32,000 nucleotides of DNA. Source: Vibrio vulnificus CMCP6. GTDB taxonomy: Bacteria > Pseudomonadota > Gammaproteobacteria > Enterobacterales > Vibrionaceae. Below, piece by piece: positions 27,318 through 32,000 of the stretch; position 1 is the stretch's first letter; each line of letters begins with the position of its first letter. The position numbers and the translations under genes are program-made. Location: positions 2,031,127 through 2,063,126 of the forward strand of contig NC_004459.3 in NCBI RefSeq assembly GCF_000039765.1, in the 5' to 3' direction. The notes beneath the pieces were generated by a model, which saw only the letters and a list, made by a program, of their open reading frames with translations, ran no database searches and had not been told where the DNA came from.

Positions 27318-27333
27318 TGTGACTCTGATCACT
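27318..27333 (+). promoter_or_regulatory. CRP-like site upstream of udp
   Basis: TGTGA-CTCTGA-TCACT matches TGTGA-N6-TCACA with one mismatch. Confidence 0.6.
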
Positions 27334-27426
27334 CCAAGTTGTGGGGAGGTTGAGTAAAGTGCATTTTTAGACCCCTACAAATTTATCTGAGCTTATTTTC
27401 AAGTAAGCCGCAATAAGGAGTGACTT

Positions 27427-28185
27427 ATGTCTCAAGCTGTTTTCCACTTAGGTGTTACTGAAGCAGATCTTAACGGTGCAACGCTAGCGATCATCCCAGG
27501 TGATCCTGCGCGTGTACAAAAAATTGCTGAAGAAATGGAAAACCCAGTATTTCTAGCTAGCCATCGTGAGTACACCTTGTACCGTGCAGAGCTAGATGGC
27601 AAACCAGTGGTTGTTTGTTCAACGGGTATCGGCGGTCCTTCTACTTCTATTGCGGTTGAAGAGTTGGCTCAACTGGGTGTGCGTACTTTCCTACGTGTTG
27701 GTACAACGGGTGCGATCCAGCCGCATGTTAACGTGGGTGACATGATCGTCACGACAGGCTCTGTTCGTCTAGATGGTGCGAGCTTGCACTTTGCGCCAAT
27801 GGAGTTCCCTGCAGTAGCTGACTTCGACGTGGCAACGGCAATGAAAGCGGCAGCACAAGAGAGTGGTGCAACGGTTCACACTGGTGTTACTGCGTCAAGT
27901 GATACCTTCTACCCAGGTCAAGAGCGTTACGATACCTTTACGGGGCGCGTAGTGAGCCGTTTCCAAGGCTCAATGAAAGAGTGGCAGGACATGGGCGTAC
28001 TGAACTTTGAAATGGAATCAGCGACGTTGTTGACCATGTGTGCAAGCTCTGGTCTACGCGCGGGTTGTGTTGCGGGTGTTATCATCAACCGTACACAAAA
28101 AGAGATCCCAGATCACGCGACGCTAAAAGAGACGGAAGCTCGCTCTATCAAAGTGGTTGTCGAGTCTGCACGTAAAATGCTGTAA
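27427..28185 (+). CDS. udp: Uridine phosphorylase
   Basis: [36 protein letters not shown]...[52 protein letters not shown]. Confidence 0.95.
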   Translation: MSQAVFHLGVTEADLNGATLAIIPGDPARVQKIAEEMENPVFLASHREYTLYRAELDGKPVVVCSTGIGGPSTSIAVEELAQLGVRTFLRVGTTGAIQPHVNVGDMIVTTGSVRLDGASLHFAPMEFPAVADFDVATAMKAAAQESGATVHTGVTASSDTFYPGQERYDTFTGRVVSRFQGSMKEWQDMGVLNFEMESATLLTMCASSGLRAGCVAGVIINRTQKEIPDHATLKETEARSIKVVVESARKML

Positions 28186-28210
28186 TCACATTGCACTGAT
28201 TGAATGAAGA

Positions 28211-28241
28211 AACCCCGAGGCAATCGCTTCGGGGTTTTTGT
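28211..28241 (+). terminator. Rho-independent terminator after udp
   Basis: AACCCCGA-GGCAATCGCT-TCGGGGTT then TTTG. Confidence 0.85.
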
Positions 28242-28294
28242 TTGTCGGTTGAAAAAACAATTGGTCTTTTAAGCCCCTCCAAGCAAGACGGGAA

Positions 28295-29455
28295 TTAGAT
28301 CCCGTCGCTACCACCTGCTTGTGCAAACCACTCTGTGAGATGCTTTTTCAAATCTTTCAATTCATCAGGGCCGATCAGCGCTAAGCCAAGATCCTCTGCA
28401 CGGGTAATATCGTTGTGACGCAGTGGACGGAAGCTTACCAACATGGCTCTTGCTTGTAGGCCACCGAGTAGGTCACGCAGTGATTCAAGCTTATAAAGCG
28501 TATCGTCGCCGTCATCACGCATGCCCTTCGTCTTACATTCAATGATGTGCAGTTTATTGTTAACCACAGAGGCGACATCAAGCTCATTACGCACTTCGCG
28601 CTCACCAAGTTGACGATAGACCTGAACATTGAGCGAGTGGTCTTGAATGGTGGGCATGTCATCTTGGATCTGTTTGACGGTGCTGTGAACCAGTGTCTCT
28701 AACCATTCGCCATTGGAGAAACGACGAGCGTCTTCATTGGCAAAGGTAAGAATGCCGTTTTCGTAAGTGGCGATCTGCGCTTCCACCAAATCTGCCAGCA
28801 GCATATTCAGCTCGCGATAGCCTTGCTGCTTTTCAGATAACTCTACATCCAGCTTTTGCTCTTTGCGGCATGTCGTAGCGAGATAGTTTAAAGTCGCCAA
28901 ACCAGGGCCTAATTCCAAAGCGTGACTGGCCCAACGCTCGCCGAGTTCATGCAATTTTTGGTCAAGTTGAGGTGGCAGTTCGACCTCATTGAACTCACCG
29001 CGCGCACCAAAGATAGTGAGATAATCAGCAACGGTAATGCGGTCTTGTACTTGAGTGTCTTCACGGCCATCAGGATAGAGCCAGCACAGTTTGTCGCTGT
29101 TTGGTTCAACCACAAAAATTGGCCAATGGTAAGTGCGGAATACCTCATAAACAGAAAGAAGGCGATGACGCAGGCCACAACTGGCGTTCAGTTTGACATC
29201 TTCCCCGCGGCTTTTGAGATCTTCAGCTAAGGCCTGAATAGATTGTTTGATCAAACGAGTATCGACGACAGAGGGGATGACAAACAGTTCGGAAGTGATA
29301 TCACGCTGAGCAAGCACAGAATGAAGTCTTTGATACATATCGCGTTGAGACTCATCACCGATAAACACGATATGAGTGCTGACGGTACGCAGATCGAGGA
29401 GAGGAGTCACCAGTCTGACAGGGTCCTGATCAATGATACCAACGTGTACAGCCAT
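28295..29455 (-). CDS. DUF1887 protein: CARF-like N-terminus plus PD-(D/E)XK nuclease (VC1899/Card1-like)
   Basis: 386 aa; N-terminal MAVHVGIIDQDPVRLVTPLL...; C-terminal REVRNELDVASVVNNKLHIIECKTKG...LGGLQARAMLVSFR nuclease motifs. Confidence 0.8.
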   Translation of the reverse strand: MAVHVGIIDQDPVRLVTPLLDLRTVSTHIVFIGDESQRDMYQRLHSVLAQRDITSELFVIPSVVDTRLIKQSIQALAEDLKSRGEDVKLNASCGLRHRLLSVYEVFRTYHWPIFVVEPNSDKLCWLYPDGREDTQVQDRITVADYLTIFGARGEFNEVELPPQLDQKLHELGERWASHALELGPGLATLNYLATTCRKEQKLDVELSEKQQGYRELNMLLADLVEAQIATYENGILTFANEDARRFSNGEWLETLVHSTVKQIQDDMPTIQDHSLNVQVYRQLGEREVRNELDVASVVNNKLHIIECKTKGMRDDGDDTLYKLESLRDLLGGLQARAMLVSFRPLRHNDITRAEDLGLALIGPDELKDLKKHLTEWFAQAGGSDGI

Positions 29456-29549
29456 AACATTTCCTTCTCAGTACGGCTTGCAAAAAATGAGGATGTGAAA
29501 GAGAGTGCAAGCGCCTGATCTCCATATGTAGACACAGCGCATAAAAAAC

Positions 29550-29577
29550 AAGGGCAACTTTGTCAAAAGTTGCCCTT
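29550..29577 (-). terminator. Rho-independent terminator of the chemoreceptor gene
   Basis: AAGGGCAACTTT-GTCA-AAAGTTGCCCTT with a poly-A on + (poly-U in the minus transcript). Confidence 0.85.
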
Positions 29578-29619
29578 ACCGGATGACTTTCCCCCGTTTG
29601 AGGGGATTTCTGTTGAAAT

Positions 29620-31611
29620 TTAGAGCTTAAAGCGATGCACCAATTCAGTCTGTTGACTCGCTAAGCTAGAGAGGCTCTCGCTGGTGGCTGCGATTTCCGC
29701 CATCGCATGGTAACTACGGTCTGCGATGTTATTGATGTCTTCCAAGCTACGTGCAATAGAGGTTGACGTTTCGCTCTGTTCTGCGGCCGCTTGTGAAATG
29801 TGCGTACTCATTTGGCTGATTTCGATGATCAACGCCTGAATCTCTTCCATCGCGCCGTTGGCTTTCGAGGCTTGCTCTACCGACATCTCCATATCACTCA
29901 TGCAACTTTGAATCACATGGCTTGCCGACTGCGAGCTAGACTGCAGATTGCTGATCATCGATTCAATTTCAGTGGTTGATTGGGTGGTCTTCGATGCGAG
30001 TACTCGAACTTCGTCTGCAACCACCGCAAAGCCGCGGCCTTGCTCGCCCGCACGCGCAGCTTCAATTGCCGCGTTGAGGGCAAGGAGGTTGGTTTGCTCT
30101 GCAATGTTGCGAATCACATCGAGAATCGAGCCAATTTGACCACTCATGCGTTGCAATTCAGAAACCGCGCTGACCGACTCGTTTAGGCGAGTCTCCAATT
30201 GATTGATGGTGGAGATATTGCTACTCATGATGGTACGGCCAGATTCAGATGCCGATTCCACTTTTTGCACCATTTCCAACGAACCTTGCGCGCTCTGGGC
30301 CACTTCTTGAACGGAGTGACTCATTTCGGTCATTGCAGTGGCTACGCTGGCGGTTTGCTCGCGTTGTGCATTCAGTTGGTTTTGCGCGTTGCTCGAGGTA
30401 CGTTCATTGTTTGCTGCGGTGTCGGTCAGATTTTCTGCCGCATCATTCAATTTCACCAAAATGTCGTGCAGGCTATCTGCCAGTGTATTGATGTGGCCAC
30501 TCACTCGACTGAACTCGTTGTTGTAACGAATTTCGATACGCTGCGTCATATCACCGTTGGCAAGCCCTTCCAAAGTGGAAAGAATACGTGTTAACGGCTC
30601 ACGAACGCTGTGGGCAATGTGATAGCCCACAGCGGCGGCAAAAATGGTCACCGCAATGCCAATCACAATCGCTTTGAGCAAGCCTTGGTCGTACACTTCG
30701 CCTGCTTCAACCAAAGAGGTGTTGAGGTTGTCGGTTGCTGTTGTAGTAAAGGTTTCCAACAATCGCATCGCAGAGTCAACTTTGACCGCTAGGTTGGCGA
30801 TGTTGTCATACAAAGCAGCTTTGGCTTCAAGGTAGCTGGCGTGTTTATCCAACACCCCGCCTTTTTGGCCCACGTCCTGAGTGAACTGCTCGACAGATGC
30901 ATTGAACACATCTTTCAGTGATGGCAGTTGGGTAGTGAGGCCACGATAAGCGTAATTAAGGTGAGTGACCGCTTTCTTGTTTTTGTTCACTGCCTTTTTC
31001 ACAAACTCAAGGTCTGAGCTAGCCAAGGCGTCTGAGGTGATCACTTCAGCATCTTTTAACTTAATGAAATAGCTTTTTGCCATCACTTTGACAGAAATGC
31101 TGGATTGGTCATCGACGTACTCTTTCATACCAACCGTCAGTTCGGTGTGAAGTTTTTGGAAGCGACGTGACGATTTTTGCACTTCTGCTTGTGCAGCAAA
31201 CATCGCTTCATAGTTGTTCATTGCTTCATTGGCTTCCGCAAAGTAGCTGTTTTCAATTTCTCTGAGTTGAGCTAAAGACTCTGCGAGTGCAGGGTAGGCC
31301 TTGCTCGCGTTTTCCAGTTCGTTGAGCGTTTGGTTAAACTCAGTTTGCGATCTACCAAATTCGCTGCGCATCTGCGTCATGCGATCTTGGTTCTGCGTGG
31401 TGAGAAAATCTTTAAAAGATTTATCCGCAGATAACAACTCAACACTGGTTTGGTTGGATAACGAAACCAAAGGCAGTGAATTTTTCGAAACGGTTTCGAA
31501 GTTGGAATGAATTTGATTCATGCCATTGGTCATAATGGTGACTGTAACGGCAAACAAGACGATTATCAGCGCGAAGCCGGCATACATCCTTTTAATGACT
31601 GAGCCTTGCAT
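29620..31611 (-). CDS. Methyl-accepting chemotaxis protein with helical periplasmic domain
   Basis: [24 protein letters not shown], long helical sensor region, [41 protein letters not shown]. The supplied 31968 start lacks support. Confidence 0.9.
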   Translation of the reverse strand: MQGSVIKRMYAGFALIIVLFAVTVTIMTNGMNQIHSNFETVSKNSLPLVSLSNQTSVELLSADKSFKDFLTTQNQDRMTQMRSEFGRSQTEFNQTLNELENASKAYPALAESLAQLREIENSYFAEANEAMNNYEAMFAAQAEVQKSSRRFQKLHTELTVGMKEYVDDQSSISVKVMAKSYFIKLKDAEVITSDALASSDLEFVKKAVNKNKKAVTHLNYAYRGLTTQLPSLKDVFNASVEQFTQDVGQKGGVLDKHASYLEAKAALYDNIANLAVKVDSAMRLLETFTTTATDNLNTSLVEAGEVYDQGLLKAIVIGIAVTIFAAAVGYHIAHSVREPLTRILSTLEGLANGDMTQRIEIRYNNEFSRVSGHINTLADSLHDILVKLNDAAENLTDTAANNERTSSNAQNQLNAQREQTASVATAMTEMSHSVQEVAQSAQGSLEMVQKVESASESGRTIMSSNISTINQLETRLNESVSAVSELQRMSGQIGSILDVIRNIAEQTNLLALNAAIEAARAGEQGRGFAVVADEVRVLASKTTQSTTEIESMISNLQSSSQSASHVIQSCMSDMEMSVEQASKANGAMEEIQALIIEISQMSTHISQAAAEQSETSTSIARSLEDINNIADRSYHAMAEIAATSESLSSLASQQTELVHRFKL

Positions 31612-31851
31612 ACTTTGAGCCCTCTCCCACATGTAACAAAAGAAAAAAAGAAACGGAACCCGTCTCAAAAAACTAACAAAATTGTCATCATTGTATTGAG
31701 ATTGAGATGAGCATTTTGTGGCGAGGGCTGCAAAAAAGACTTTATAGCAGGATGTTCTGTTGATAATGTTACGTGAACACTGTTTTTTATTGAGATGCAC
31801 ACAACGTTGGCGCATACTTATCCGGTTAAACAGCGACGTTATGGAGTACAC

Positions 31852-32000
31852 ATGGCCGAAGAAACTATCTTTAGCAAAATCATTCGCAAGGAAATTCCTG
31901 CTCAGATCCTTTTCCAAGATGATCTTGTCACCGCATTTCGTGACATCAACCCACGAGCACCGAAGCACATCCTAATTATTCCAAATAAACTCATTCCGAC
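31852..32000 (+). CDS. hinT: HIT-family purine nucleoside phosphoramidase (truncated by window edge)
   Basis: ATGGCCGAAGAAACTATCTTTAGC... = [49 protein letters not shown]; GGAG upstream. Confidence 0.9.
   Translation, partial: MAEETIFSKIIRKEIPAQILFQDDLVTAFRDINPRAPKHILIIPNKLIP

Noticed and set aside
31612-31968. Extended N-terminus of the chemoreceptor ORF ([15 protein letters not shown]...)
   Set aside because: It precedes the natural [17 protein letters not shown] start and overlaps the hinT promoter and start region; it reads as non-coding.
1-32000. CRISPR array or superintegron attC array
   Set aside because: No 23-40 bp repeats with regular unique spacers and no attC-type repeats seen. 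The repeats present are short tandem units and hairpins.

Overview
This is a Vibrio-like chromosomal window with two parts. (1) Positions 1 to about 11574 are the right-hand part of an AT-rich integrative island. It ends in a P4-type tyrosine integrase (minus strand) next to a displaced 3' half of a tRNA-Arg(UCU) gene (11530-11574), which I read as attR. The other island end and the intact tRNA would lie left of the window. Cargo: the tail of an unidentified ORF, a nonsense-interrupted ORF, a KfrA-like coiled-coil DNA-binding protein, an AlpA-like regulator, a divergently transcribed HTH protein with a zinc-ribbon-like motif, a 1.2 kb repeat- and dyad-rich non-coding segment, a two-gene ABC-like ATPase + HNH nuclease operon (Septu/PtuAB-like anti-phage candidate), and a hipBA toxin-antitoxin locus. 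The hipBA promoter carries a five-unit operator ladder with an exact 27-bp period, and HipB appears to lack 4 residues in its HTH. (2) Positions 11575-32000 are ordinary chromosome: MgtE-like transporter with a structured leader, diguanylate cyclases, DUF2846-like lipoprotein, two chemoreceptors, cadC-cadB-cadA with an ERIC-like element and 8-bp tandem repeats between cadC and cadB, CBS protein, a ZntA-like P-type ATPase behind a MerR-family operator, udp, a solo CARF/PD-(D/E)XK protein of the DUF1887 (VC1899/Card1-like) family, and the start of hinT. The strongest candidates for follow-up are the ATPase-HNH operon, the hipBA operator array with the shortened HipB, the iteron-like non-coding segment, and the solo DUF1887 protein. 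All family calls are from motif recognition; no database search was run.
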